Translations under genes and position numbers: made by a program | In this document: piece by piece, positions 27,178-36,648 of the stretch | How positions within the stretch are numbered: position 1 is the first letter of the stretch | How the letters are laid out: each line of letters begins with the position of its first letter | NCBI GenBank assembly: GCA_902591665.1 | Contig: CACJBO010000006.1 | Span: 2,281-66,280 of the forward strand | Direction: 5' to 3' | DNA length: 64,000 nt | Source of the DNA: an uncultured SAR86 cluster bacterium | Lineage (GTDB): Bacteria; Pseudomonadota; Gammaproteobacteria; Magnimaribacterales; D2472 | The notes under the pieces: model-generated | What the model was told of the DNA's origin: nothing | Seen by the model: the letters and a program-made list of their open reading frames with translations, nothing else | The model's database searches: none

Positions 27178-27519
27178 CTATATGGTAAAGCTTTCACCAC
27201 AACCACATACTGCTTTAGCATTTGGATTTACAAATTTTATTCCTTGGTTAAGGCCATCTTTTTGATAATCAACTAGACTACCTTTTAAAAAGTCTAGACT
27301 GCTATTATCAACAAAAATTTTGCATCCATTTTTTTCGAAAACAACACCGTCATCGTCAAAAGTGTCAACATAGTCAAAAAAATATTCATAACCTGAACAT
27401 CCTGCTTTTTTAACTCCAATCTTAATTCCAACACCCTTGCCACGATTTTCAAGGCTTGATAAAAAGTGGTCAATTGCAGAGTCTGAAAAATTTAAGTCTG
27501 TTGAGCTAAAAACTTGCAT
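27178..27519 (-). CDS. iscA: Fe-S cluster insertion protein IscA (A-type carrier)
   Basis: 113 aa. GCSGYEY and C-terminal CGCGESF motifs. Confidence 0.94.
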   Translation of the reverse strand: MQVFSSTDLNFSDSAIDHFLSSLENRGKGVGIKIGVKKAGCSGYEYFFDYVDTFDDDGVVFEKNGCKIFVDNSSLDFLKGSLVDYQKDGLNQGIKFVNPNAKAVCGCGESFTI

Positions 27520-27525
27520 GATTAT

Positions 27526-27930
27526 TTATTGTTTTGATTCGTAATCCTCTATTGCTTGTTTTATTGAATCCTCAGCTAAGACAGAGCAATGTATTTTTAT
27601 AGGGGGTAGCTCAAGGGCATCAACAATCTCTTTGTTTTTGATAGCTTTTGCTTCTTCTAAGGTTTTGCCAATAAGCATATCAACAAGTTCACTTGAAGAT
27701 GCTATGGCAGAACCACATCCGTAAGTTTTAAATTTTACATCTTTTATTACATGCGTATTACCAGACGGCTCACATTTTATTTGCAACTTCATAACATCTC
27801 CACAAGCTGGTGCTCCAACCATACCTGTTCCGACATTTTCTTCTTTTGGGTCAAATCTACCTACATTAAATGCCTTTGGATCATTTAAAGTATTTTCAAA
27901 TTTGTCTACAACTTTTTTACTATAAGCCAT
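27526..27930 (-). CDS. iscU: Fe-S cluster scaffold IscU
   Basis: 134 aa. GAPACGDVMKLQIK, YGCGSAIASSS, and LPPIKIHCS (an LPPVK-type chaperone-binding motif). Confidence 0.96.
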   Translation of the reverse strand: MAYSKKVVDKFENTLNDPKAFNVGRFDPKEENVGTGMVGAPACGDVMKLQIKCEPSGNTHVIKDVKFKTYGCGSAIASSSELVDMLIGKTLEEAKAIKNKEIVDALELPPIKIHCSVLAEDSIKQAIEDYESKQ

Positions 27931-27945
27931 TTCAAGCCTCCATTA

Positions 27946-29166
27946 TTAATGTGTATTCCAGGTTACAGTATCTAAATCAATTCCATCTAGATGCATTTCC
28001 CAAAGTGGAGAAAGTTCTCTTAATCTATCAACCACATTATTTAATATTGATAAAGTTTTATCTACATCGCTTTCTTTTGTAAACCTACCAAAAGAAAATC
28101 TTATTGAGCTGTGAGCTAATTCATCTTTTCTACCAAGAGCTCTCAAGACATATGAAGGTTCTAGGCTTGCAGAAGTACAAGCTGAGCCTGAGGATACCGC
28201 AATATCTTTAAGACCCATTATTAATGATTCTCCTTCAACAAAATTAAAGCTCATATTAAGTATATTTGGGACTTTATTCTTTAAGTCGCCATTGATATAA
28301 ACATGCTCAATTTTCATAGCTTCGTCTAGAAATTTTTCATGGTATTTTGCAATCATTTCATGATCTTTTGTCATTTCTAATTTAGCAATTCTAAATGCTT
28401 CTCCCATGCCAACAATTTGATGAGGGGCTAATGTTCCAGACCTCATGCCTCTTTCGTGGCCTCCACCATGAATTAATGCTTCGATTCTTACTCTTGGCTT
28501 TCTTCTAACAAATAAAGCACCAATGCCTTTTGGTCCATAAGTTTTATGAGCAGAAAATGACATCAAGTCTACAGGCAGTGTTGAAAGATCAATTTCGACC
28601 TTTCCAGTGCTTTGAGCAGCATCAACATGGAAAAATACGCCTGATTCTCTTGTAATTTCTCCAATTGATTGCAAGTCATTTAATGTTCCAAGCTCATTAT
28701 TGATATGCATTAATGAAACTAATATTGTAGATTCTTTTATGGCCTCTTTTACCTGCTCAGGTTCAATAATACCGAACTCATTGGGCTCAAGATAAGTAAC
28801 TTCAAAACCCTCTCGTTCTAATTGTCTACATGGATCTAGAACTGCTTTATGTTCAATTTTTGAAGTAATTATATGATTTCCCTTAGATTTATAAAATCTG
28901 GCAACACCTTTTACAGCAAGGTTATCAGCCTCAGTAGCACCAGATGTCCAAACAATTTCTCTTGGATCTGCGTTCACAAGGTTAGCTACATGTGATCTGG
29001 CCTCTTCAACAGCATCGTCAGCTTTCCATCCGTATCTGTGAGAACGAGATGCTGGGTTACCAAATTCACCATCAGGTGTAAGATACTCCATCATCTTTGA
29101 TGCTACACGAGGATCAACAGGAGTAGTTGATGCGTAGTCTAAGTATATGGTTGATTTTTCAGTCAT
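27946..29166 (-). CDS. iscS: Cysteine desulfurase IscS
   Basis: 406 aa. [15 protein letters not shown] start, PLP-Lys region [12 protein letters not shown], and active-site loop SSGSACTS. Confidence 0.96.
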   Translation of the reverse strand: MTEKSTIYLDYASTTPVDPRVASKMMEYLTPDGEFGNPASRSHRYGWKADDAVEEARSHVANLVNADPREIVWTSGATEADNLAVKGVARFYKSKGNHIITSKIEHKAVLDPCRQLEREGFEVTYLEPNEFGIIEPEQVKEAIKESTILVSLMHINNELGTLNDLQSIGEITRESGVFFHVDAAQSTGKVEIDLSTLPVDLMSFSAHKTYGPKGIGALFVRRKPRVRIEALIHGGGHERGMRSGTLAPHQIVGMGEAFRIAKLEMTKDHEMIAKYHEKFLDEAMKIEHVYINGDLKNKVPNILNMSFNFVEGESLIMGLKDIAVSSGSACTSASLEPSYVLRALGRKDELAHSSIRFSFGRFTKESDVDKTLSILNNVVDRLRELSPLWEMHLDGIDLDTVTWNTH

Positions 29167-29601
29167 TTATACAATCTCTCTTAACTTTATATATGGGTCA
29201 TTGTTGGTTTCTACAAGTGTATTAATTGTTATATTGCTTAAATAATTATTTACGACGTCATTAAGCTCATGCCATAAGTTATGGGTATTACATTTTTTTC
29301 CATCATTGCATGTGCTCATGCCACTGCAACTTGTTGCATCTAAGTCTTCTTCAACAGCATTCATGATATCTTTGATTGTAACTAATGCAGGATCTTTGGC
29401 ATAAAGATAGCCGCCATTACGACCTCTCGAACTAGCAACTATTCCGTAAAGCCTAAGCTTTCTGAAAATTTGTTCTAAATATGATATTTCAATATTTTGA
29501 TTAGCAGATATATCAGATAGTGAAACTGGGCCTTCTGAAGCCAAAAGACGAAGTTCAACTAAAGCATTAACAGCGTATTTACTTTTTGTAGTTAATTTCA
29601 C
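29167..29601 (-). CDS. iscR: Fe-S cluster-sensing transcriptional regulator IscR (Rrf2 family)
   Basis: 144 aa. (M)[13 protein letters not shown]... aligns with E. coli IscR MRLTSKGRYAVTAM. Cys ligands lie in the [13 protein letters not shown] region. The start codon is GTG (29601..29599). The nearby ATG (29605..29603) is out of frame and dead-ends. Confidence 0.93.
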   Translation of the reverse strand: MKLTTKSKYAVNALVELRLLASEGPVSLSDISANQNIEISYLEQIFRKLRLYGIVASSRGRNGGYLYAKDPALVTIKDIMNAVEEDLDATSCSGMSTCNDGKKCNTHNLWHELNDVVNNYLSNITINTLVETNNDPYIKLREIV

Positions 29602-29607
29602 GCATGA

Positions 29608-29635
29608 ATTATAAATACCTGACTAATTTAGTCAA
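29608..29635 (-). promoter_or_regulatory. Putative sigma70 promoter of iscR
   Basis: On the minus strand: -35 TTGACT at 29635..29630, a 16-nt spacer, then -10 TATAAT at 29613..29608. Only 6 nt separate the -10 from the GTG start codon. The -35 lies inside the IscR box. Confidence 0.55.
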
Positions 29636-29639
29636 CTAT
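29615..29639. promoter_or_regulatory. IscR type 1 binding site
   Basis: ATACCTGACTAATTTAGTCAACTAT satisfies all 25 positions of the E. coli type 1 consensus ATASYYGACTRWWWYAGTCRRSTAT, as I recall it. It contains the inverted repeat TGACT-N5-AGTCA. It lies 13 nt upstream of the iscR GTG and overlaps the purC stop codon (29628..29630). Confidence 0.8.
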
Positions 29640-30350
29640 TATATTCATACCAAGCCTATCAGCGACCTGATGGTATGATTCAACAACGTCGCCAAGACCT
29701 TGTCTAAATCTATCTTTATCCATCTTCTTTAAAGTTTCAGAATCCCATAACCTACATCCATCTGGAGTAAACTCATCAGCCAATAAAATCTTGCCTTGGC
29801 TGCAAACACCAAATTCAACTTTAAAATCTACTAATATTAAATTAGAGTTGATGAATAGCTCTTTTAAGACCGTATTAACTTTGTATGTGAGCTCTTTCAT
29901 CTTCTCAATTTGGTCTTTACTGGCCCAACCAAAAGAAATAATGTGTTCGTCATTTATTAATGGATCTCCCAAATCATCATCTTTTAAAAAGAATTCAAAT
30001 AAAGGATTTTCTAGTATAAGACCATCCTCAGTGCCTAATCTTCTACATATTGATCCAGACGCTCTATTTCTAATGACACATTCAATTGGAAACATATCTA
30101 ATTTATAAACAAGAGAGTCATTACTGTTAAGCACTTCAATGTGATGAGTCTCAACACCATTTTTTTCAAGATGGTCCATAATAAATGCATTAAATTGGTT
30201 ATTAACAGCACCTTTACCTAGTAAGGCTTCTTTCTTCTTGCCATCAAAAGCAGAAGTATCGTCACTAAAGTGCATCACCAGTTGATCATCATCAGATGTA
30301 GTAAATAATGACTTTGCTTTTCCTTTGGTTATTTCTTTAATTTTTTCCAT
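29628..30350 (-). CDS. purC: SAICAR synthetase
   Basis: 240 aa. ...GKAKSLFTTSDDDQLVMHFSDDTSAFDGKKK... is typical of gammaproteobacterial PurC. dapA-bamC-purC synteny. Confidence 0.95.
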   Translation of the reverse strand: MEKIKEITKGKAKSLFTTSDDDQLVMHFSDDTSAFDGKKKEALLGKGAVNNQFNAFIMDHLEKNGVETHHIEVLNSNDSLVYKLDMFPIECVIRNRASGSICRRLGTEDGLILENPLFEFFLKDDDLGDPLINDEHIISFGWASKDQIEKMKELTYKVNTVLKELFINSNLILVDFKVEFGVCSQGKILLADEFTPDGCRLWDSETLKKMDKDRFRQGLGDVVESYHQVADRLGMNIIVD

Positions 30351-30358
30351 AATTAGCC

Positions 30359-31336
30359 TTAACTTAGAGATTCATTAATTTTTGAGATTAGCTTTTCAGC
30401 TTCCTCAATTTTACCATCTTTTGAATATGCTCTTACATATGTTTTGTTATTTTTTTCTGTAATTTTTACCTCAAATTGAGCACCATCAAAATTAACTTTT
30501 TGATTTTTATCATTTCTACCAAAATTTAAAAATGAGAAAAAGCCACCTTCTTCTTCTTCGGCATAACTAACATAAAAAATACCATTACTTCTATCCTTAT
30601 CATTAGAAAGAATTTGAGATGCATCCATAGCTTTTGTGACTGAGGACCATGCCCTGTCAAAATTTAAATCAAGCTCTATGACGGTTTGACCATTCTCAAC
30701 AAAAATCTTTGCTTTCTTTATATCATTTAAGTTTTGAGCAGCTAGAGATGTGCCAGAAAACTGATCAACGGATTCGGCAAAATAATTAACTAAATTGCTA
30801 AGCTCAGATTGGATAAGCTCAGGATTACTTACAATTTCATTAGAATTTTTATCTATCTGAGCTAAGAAAATTTCTGTTGAAGCTTCTTTTATACCATGCT
30901 CAATTTTCATTTTTAATATTGAGGTTTCATCAAAATTTATATCGATTTCACCAGTTAAAGGGTCGGCATTTAGCGTTTCAAAGGATGATGTGTTCCAGTA
31001 GCTTTTTGTTATAGGCCATGATGTAGATGGCAAAGTCTCCACATATATCCACATCAACTCACCTAAACGCCTTAATTGAACAGAGCTATTTCCAGAGGAT
31101 GCAAAAATTTGTCTTGGCTTCGGAACCTCTTGATCATCAGATAATTCATTTACAACATTAACTGGATAATGATTTTCAATAACAATTACGTTTAATTCAT
31201 CTGGTAACTGCATATCATCTTCAACTTTTTCTTTAAGGAATGCATTTTTTGTGGGTGGGAACATTCCTTCTGGTCCAGATATATAGGAGCATGAAGTTGT
31301 TATGATTAATAAATTGATTATAAGAATTTTTTTCAT
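30359..31336 (-). CDS. bamC: Outer membrane protein assembly factor BamC (NlpB) lipoprotein
   Basis: 325 aa with a lipobox (LIITTSC). Called mostly from the conserved position between dapA and purC. Confidence 0.72.
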   Translation of the reverse strand: MKKILIINLLIITTSCSYISGPEGMFPPTKNAFLKEKVEDDMQLPDELNVIVIENHYPVNVVNELSDDQEVPKPRQIFASSGNSSVQLRRLGELMWIYVETLPSTSWPITKSYWNTSSFETLNADPLTGEIDINFDETSILKMKIEHGIKEASTEIFLAQIDKNSNEIVSNPELIQSELSNLVNYFAESVDQFSGTSLAAQNLNDIKKAKIFVENGQTVIELDLNFDRAWSSVTKAMDASQILSNDKDRSNGIFYVSYAEEEEGGFFSFLNFGRNDKNQKVNFDGAQFEVKITEKNNKTYVRAYSKDGKIEEAEKLISKINESLS

Positions 31337-32224
31337 TTAAATTAATTTAAGTTTATTTAGTTCTGACAAAATTTCATCATGATAAGTTTCATCTAATTCT
31401 ATCAAAGGAAGTCTGATTGAATTTTCAATCATTCCCATTTTAGTTAACATCCATTTCACCGGTATTGGATTGGATTCAACAAATAATAATCTATATATAT
31501 TGTTATTAAATTCATTTAATTTCTTTGCCTCTACAATATTATCTTCTCTTATTAGTTTGCATATTTGTGAAATTGATTTTGGTATAACATTAGCTGCCAC
31601 AGATATTACTCCGTGGGCACCTTCTATCAAAGCATTCATGAAGGTAGGATCATCACCAGAAAGAATAGCAAAATCATAAGAATTGTTAGAAATTTTAACT
31701 AGCTCTTTTATTCTTTCAATATCATCAACAGCTTCTTTTAGACCAACAATATTTTTATGTTCAGAAAGAATGCTAACTGTTTCAGGTTTTAAATCACAAG
31801 CTGTTCTTGAGGGCACATTATATAAAATCTGTTTAATATCTACGTTATTAGCAATTTTTTCATAATGTGCTAATAATCCTTTTTGATTAGGCTTGTTATA
31901 GTATGGGGTGACTAGCAGAACATAATCTGCGCCTTTTAATTTTGCTTCAAGAGATAGTTCAATTGCTTCATCTGTTGAGTTTGCGCCTGTTCCTGCAATA
32001 ACGGGTATTCTGTTTTGAACATATTTTACCGAATAGTCAATTACTTCAATATGCTCTTTTACGTTTAAAGTAGCTGATTCGCCTGTAGTTCCAACAGAAA
32101 CTATCCCATCGGTTTCATTAGCTATATGCCAGTCTAAAAGACTACTGAGAGATTCATAATCAACATCACCATTCTTTAAAAGAGGTGTTACTAGAGCAAC
32201 TAAACTGCCTTGTAAAACTTGCAT
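31337..32224 (-). CDS. dapA: 4-hydroxy-tetrahydrodipicolinate synthase
   Basis: 295 aa. GSLVALVTP, VGTTGESATL and YNVPSRT motifs. Confidence 0.96.
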   Translation of the reverse strand: MQVLQGSLVALVTPLLKNGDVDYESLSSLLDWHIANETDGIVSVGTTGESATLNVKEHIEVIDYSVKYVQNRIPVIAGTGANSTDEAIELSLEAKLKGADYVLLVTPYYNKPNQKGLLAHYEKIANNVDIKQILYNVPSRTACDLKPETVSILSEHKNIVGLKEAVDDIERIKELVKISNNSYDFAILSGDDPTFMNALIEGAHGVISVAANVIPKSISQICKLIREDNIVEAKKLNEFNNNIYRLLFVESNPIPVKWMLTKMGMIENSIRLPLIELDETYHDEILSELNKLKLI

Positions 32225-32292
32225 TGATAAAATTTTCAGTAAAAAATAGGACTATACACTATTTTATTAAAAATACTTATAAGGTGACAAAT

Positions 32293-32763
32293 ATGGCTAA
32301 AAATTTAGAAGGTAAAAAATGTCCAAAGTTTAGTGCAGAATGCACGAGCGGATTAAGTCTTTCCAATAAGGATTTTGAAGGGAAGAATTTTGTTATTTAT
32401 TTTTATCCAAAAGATAGCACTCCTGGGTGTACTACCGAAGGTCAAGAGTTCAGGGATAACTATAAATATTTTAAAAAACTTAATACAGAAATCCTTGGTG
32501 TTTCTAGAGATTCGATCAAGAGCCATGAAAATTTTAAGTCAAAACAATCATTCCCATTTGAGCTACTATCAGATCCTGATGAAAAAGTCTGCAATGCTTT
32601 TGATGTAATGAAACTAAAATCTATGTATGGAAGAGAGTATATAGGTGTTGATAGATGTACGTTCTTAATTGATGTAAATGGGAAAGTTTTAAAAGAATGG
32701 CGATCAGTAAAAGTTAAAGGCCATGTGGAAGAAGTATTAAATACTGTTAAAGATTTAACTTAA
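32293..32763 (+). CDS. bcp: Peroxiredoxin Bcp / PrxQ
   Basis: FYPKDSTPGCT peroxidatic Cys motif. I place the start at ATG 32293 (MAKNLEGKK...), preceded by AAGGTG. The ORF-track start at 32185 would overlap the divergent dapA start. bcp lies near dapA in E. coli too. Confidence 0.9.
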   Translation: MAKNLEGKKCPKFSAECTSGLSLSNKDFEGKNFVIYFYPKDSTPGCTTEGQEFRDNYKYFKKLNTEILGVSRDSIKSHENFKSKQSFPFELLSDPDEKVCNAFDVMKLKSMYGREYIGVDRCTFLIDVNGKVLKEWRSVKVKGHVEEVLNTVKDLT

Positions 32764-33819
32764 GTCGTTATTCGGCGATGATGGCCATGCATTCCATACC
32801 GCTTTTATAAAAGTTGCAATTGGAATTGAAAAGAATACACCCCAAAAACCAAACATGCTGCCAAATATAAATACTGCTAGTATTATCACCACTGGATGTA
32901 ATTTTACTGTTTCTGAAAAAATTATAGGCACAAGTAAATTACCGTCTAGGGCTTGTAAAAGAAGATATAAGCCTATTAGCAAATAGAACTCTGTTCCTAG
33001 GCCAAACTGAAGTAAACCTACTACAACAATAGGAATGGTTACCAAAAAAGCTCCAACATAAGGAATAATTACGGATAAACCAACTAATACTGACAATAGA
33101 GCAGAATACTTTAAACCCAGAGAAGCAAATATGATTGCAGCAGCAATTCCAACTATAAATATTTCAATTGTCTTACCTCTTACATAATTACTTAACTGAA
33201 TATCCATTTCAGCCCAAATATTAGTAAGCATTTCTCTCTTTCCTGGGATAATCTTTATAAAACCCTCAATAATATTTTTTCTATCAAATAAAAAGAAGTA
33301 CACAAGTATCGGGAACAAAATAATATATAAGAGAAATGTTATTGCACTTTGTATACCTGAAATAGATGACTTAACAATATTTTGAGCTATTGCACTAACC
33401 TCTTCTGATACCGCTTGGAAAAAGATAGATATCTGTTCGGATGAAACTAAATCAGGGAACTTGGCAGGCAATCCAGATATAAAATCAAGGAAATTATTTA
33501 TAAGATTTGGAACATCAAGAATAAAGGCTTGAAGCTGAATATACAAAAGAGGCACCAACCATATCAATAGAGCTGCTCCTGTAATGATGAAAACAGAAAA
33601 AGTAATAATTAATGCAACATTCGCACTGACATCATACGACTGAATTTTTTTTTGCATGCCAACTAGAAGATAAGCAACAACTATACTTATCATAAAAGGA
33701 GTTAAGATTGATCCGAAGAATGATATAACTAGAAAAAATAATAATATTGCTAACGAAAAGATTATTGTCTCCTCATTACTAAATATATTTTTTAATACTT
33801 TATTTACTTGTTCAAACAT
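32755..33819 (-). CDS. perM: AI-2E family (UPF0118, PerM-like) membrane transporter
   Basis: 354 aa polytopic membrane protein. Divergent neighbour of bepA, as perM(yfgO)/bepA(yfgC) are in E. coli. Confidence 0.72.
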   Translation of the reverse strand: MFEQVNKVLKNIFSNEETIIFSLAILLFFLVISFFGSILTPFMISIVVAYLLVGMQKKIQSYDVSANVALIITFSVFIITGAALLIWLVPLLYIQLQAFILDVPNLINNFLDFISGLPAKFPDLVSSEQISIFFQAVSEEVSAIAQNIVKSSISGIQSAITFLLYIILFPILVYFFLFDRKNIIEGFIKIIPGKREMLTNIWAEMDIQLSNYVRGKTIEIFIVGIAAAIIFASLGLKYSALLSVLVGLSVIIPYVGAFLVTIPIVVVGLLQFGLGTEFYLLIGLYLLLQALDGNLLVPIIFSETVKLHPVVIILAVFIFGSMFGFWGVFFSIPIATFIKAVWNAWPSSPNNDLS

Positions 33820-33980
33820 TTGTATCTTAAATAATTATCATCCTAGATTTTGAACTACATAATAAAAAAGCAGTCAAAATGTATAAAATTATAATAACTT
33901 AACCTCAACATGGGATATATTAATCTAAAAAACACGTTTATGTTAGTTTTAGCAGCATTGGATAAATTCTTATATTTAAA

Positions 33981-35408
33981 ATGAAGAAATATATTCTAGT
34001 TATAACTGCTGTCATATCTTTGCCATTTTTTAGCCAAGAAGATAATGAATTAGTATTGCCTGAGCTTGGTGATAGAGTTTCTGGAGCAGTATCTACAGCC
34101 GAAGAAAAATTAATAGGTAGAGAATTTTTAAAGCAAGTATACTTTCAAGCACCTTTAATATCTGACCCTTTAATACAGGAATACACAGAACTTCTAACAT
34201 ACAGACTATCAGAATATAGTGAGGTTAAGGACAGGCGTTTCACTGTACTGTTAATAGATGACGATTCTTTAAATGCTTTTGCCGCACCTGGTGGAGTAAT
34301 TGGTGTCAATGGAGGCTTATTTCTAAATGCAGACAATGAAGCACAATTTTCATCAGTTATGGCTCATGAGCTTGCCCATTTAAGTCAAAGACACTTTGCA
34401 AGAAATGTTCTAAATGCTCAAGATAGAAGCCTTGCATCTTCATTAACAATGATCTCATCAATTGCATTGGCACTAATAAGCAATAATCCAGGAGCTATGG
34501 TTGTGGGACCAGCTTTAATGCAAACTCAAAATCTTAGATATAGCAGGCTCTTTGAAAAAGAGGCAGACAGAGTTGGCTTTGCAAACCTTGTCAGGGCTGG
34601 ATATAACCCAAAAGCAATGGGTGAAATGTTTGAAAATATGAATGATCTTAGAAGGCTTGCCGGTGAAGCTCCTCCAGAGTTTTTATTAACTCACCCCTTA
34701 TCTTCCTCAAGAATTAGTGATGCGCTAAATGCTGCAGAAGGTGTTCCTGAAGAAGGTACCAAAAAAGATTCTTTAGAATTTTCATTAATTAAATCAAGAC
34801 TAAAAGTTTACTATGAAAGTATTCCAAGCCAATCAATAAGATATTTCAATGCTGAAATGAAGAAAGAAAACTCAGATTCTAATATTTATGGCCTTGCTCT
34901 GGCATATAGTCAAAATAATAACTTAAGAGAATCAGAGAATCTTATTAATATTCTCTTAAAAAAATATCCAAAAAATTTATTCTTAAATACATCTAAAATT
35001 GAAATTCTTACTAAAGCTCAAAAGTATGACGAAGCCTTACAACTAGCAAATACTTTTTTAGAAATTTCTCCAAAGAACTATCCTCTGACTATTACTAAAT
35101 CAAAATTATTGCTTGAAATGAAAAGGTTTTTTGAATCTGAAGAATTGATACGTGATCAATTAATAAGAAGAAATGAAGATCCTGAATTATGGTTATTGTT
35201 GTCTGAGATTCAGAGAAATAGCAAAAATATAGTTGGCTATCATCAGTCCAGAGCAGAATATTTTTTATTGCTGGGTCAAAATGAGCAGGCCCTTGGGCAA
35301 CTTGAGTTTGCTTTAAATCTAACTAAAAATAATTTTCAGGTTTCTGAGAGAATAATGAATCAAATTATCTCAATCAAGAAAGCTATTGGGGAGTCTCGGG
35401 GTTTTTAG
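33981..35408 (+). CDS. bepA: Periplasmic M48 metalloprotease/chaperone BepA (YfgC) with TPR domain
   Basis: 475 aa. Signal peptide, HELAHLSQRH zinc motif, and a C-terminal TPR-like region. Confidence 0.87.
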   Translation: MKKYILVITAVISLPFFSQEDNELVLPELGDRVSGAVSTAEEKLIGREFLKQVYFQAPLISDPLIQEYTELLTYRLSEYSEVKDRRFTVLLIDDDSLNAFAAPGGVIGVNGGLFLNADNEAQFSSVMAHELAHLSQRHFARNVLNAQDRSLASSLTMISSIALALISNNPGAMVVGPALMQTQNLRYSRLFEKEADRVGFANLVRAGYNPKAMGEMFENMNDLRRLAGEAPPEFLLTHPLSSSRISDALNAAEGVPEEGTKKDSLEFSLIKSRLKVYYESIPSQSIRYFNAEMKKENSDSNIYGLALAYSQNNNLRESENLINILLKKYPKNLFLNTSKIEILTKAQKYDEALQLANTFLEISPKNYPLTITKSKLLLEMKRFFESEELIRDQLIRRNEDPELWLLLSEIQRNSKNIVGYHQSRAEYFLLLGQNEQALGQLEFALNLTKNNFQVSERIMNQIISIKKAIGESRGF

Positions 35409-36627
35409 ACTTTTCTTCAAAAATTTTTGAAATTTTATATCCTGTTAGTGAAAAAATACCAGCAAATGGTATCGCTAATAGCGGCACCACAGTAATGCTT
35501 ATTGCTGCCACTTTACCAAGACCCACAAAAAGGCTACCGGTTAAGTCACCAAACCTAGTTACAAAAGTATCGATAAACACAGTTGATTTATATCTATCTT
35601 TTTTCTTTAGTTGGCTATAAATAATCTCTCTACTAGGTTTATTGAAGCCATATTCAAAAACTCTTAATAAGGCTTGAGAGAAAACTACCACACCTACAGA
35701 TGGCATTAAACCATATAAAAGAAAAACAACAATAAATAACAAACCATAAACAATTAGAATCATGGATGTGCCAAAGAAAGATATTACTAGATATGTCAAT
35801 GTTAACTGAGTTATTAAAGTTAAAGGCGAAACTAGTTGCTCAATACGATTAAATAAAACTATTCTATCTGGTGATAAATTTGAATAAGATTCAATAATTG
35901 GTATTGCGCTAATCCATTGAACTGTCATCAATGCAGTAAACAGCCATGAATATAAAGCAACCGACTTAACCTCTTTTACTGAAATTATATTTGAAATTGC
36001 ATCAGACCAATTTCCACCTACTTTTTTAATAAGTACCTCAGAATTATTAAGATTGACCAAGTATGTAGCGACAATAATTGCAAGAAATAATAATAAAGAA
36101 GATGCCAGGGCGAATAATTCTAAACCATAATTTGTATATGATTCTGAAAGTCTTACTGATATTTCGGAACCAACAATTGCTCCCAATGATCCGCCTGCCA
36201 TGATAAATCCATATAATTTTCTTGACTGAGAGTCTCTAAAAATATTTATTACCAGTACCCAAAAAATTGAAACAACAAAAAAAGAATATATATTGCACCA
36301 AACATAAAATACCCTACCCAGCCACATCTGTTGGGTTACATCACCTTCTTCTAGTGAACGAGAGTAAAGAATAAAAACAAATAGGTTCATTATCAAAAAT
36401 GAATAACAATATGTAATTATTTTTTTAAAGTTTTTTCTGGAAGCTACCCATGAATATATTGGATTGATTATTAGCATGGTCAGTGCTGTAAAAGACAAAA
36501 GTATTAACAAAAAATCTTGGCCATAATTTTCTACAGCCATTTCATTTCTAATACCTCTTATGACATACCAGGATGCTAAAACTAAAAAGAATAAAAAACT
36601 TGTTAGGATGGTATTTTTTAGTTTCAT
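35383..36627 (-). CDS. Polytopic membrane transporter, MFS-like, resembling the TLC/Npt (ATP:ADP antiporter-related) family
   Basis: 414 aa with about 11-12 hydrophobic segments. The first helix is followed by WYVIRGIRNEMAV, and later comes SIFWVLVINIFRDSQSRKLYGFIMAGGSLGAIVG. From memory these resemble the LNYxxLRxxKD and FWxxaN...KRxY signatures of TLC-family carriers. Not verified by search. Confidence 0.5.
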   Translation of the reverse strand: MKLKNTILTSFLFFLVLASWYVIRGIRNEMAVENYGQDFLLILLSFTALTMLIINPIYSWVASRKNFKKIITYCYSFLIMNLFVFILYSRSLEEGDVTQQMWLGRVFYVWCNIYSFFVVSIFWVLVINIFRDSQSRKLYGFIMAGGSLGAIVGSEISVRLSESYTNYGLELFALASSLLLFLAIIVATYLVNLNNSEVLIKKVGGNWSDAISNIISVKEVKSVALYSWLFTALMTVQWISAIPIIESYSNLSPDRIVLFNRIEQLVSPLTLITQLTLTYLVISFFGTSMILIVYGLLFIVVFLLYGLMPSVGVVVFSQALLRVFEYGFNKPSREIIYSQLKKKDRYKSTVFIDTFVTRFGDLTGSLFVGLGKVAAISITVVPLLAIPFAGIFSLTGYKISKIFEEKSKNPETPQ

Positions 36628-36648
36628 GGAAATATTATGCCCTATGAA

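Noticed and set aside
32185-32292. A 36-codon N-terminal extension of the bcp ORF in the track.
   Set aside because: The extension overlaps the divergent dapA start and has no similarity to Bcp. The ATG at 32293 is preceded by AAGGTG and gives a normal Bcp N-terminus.
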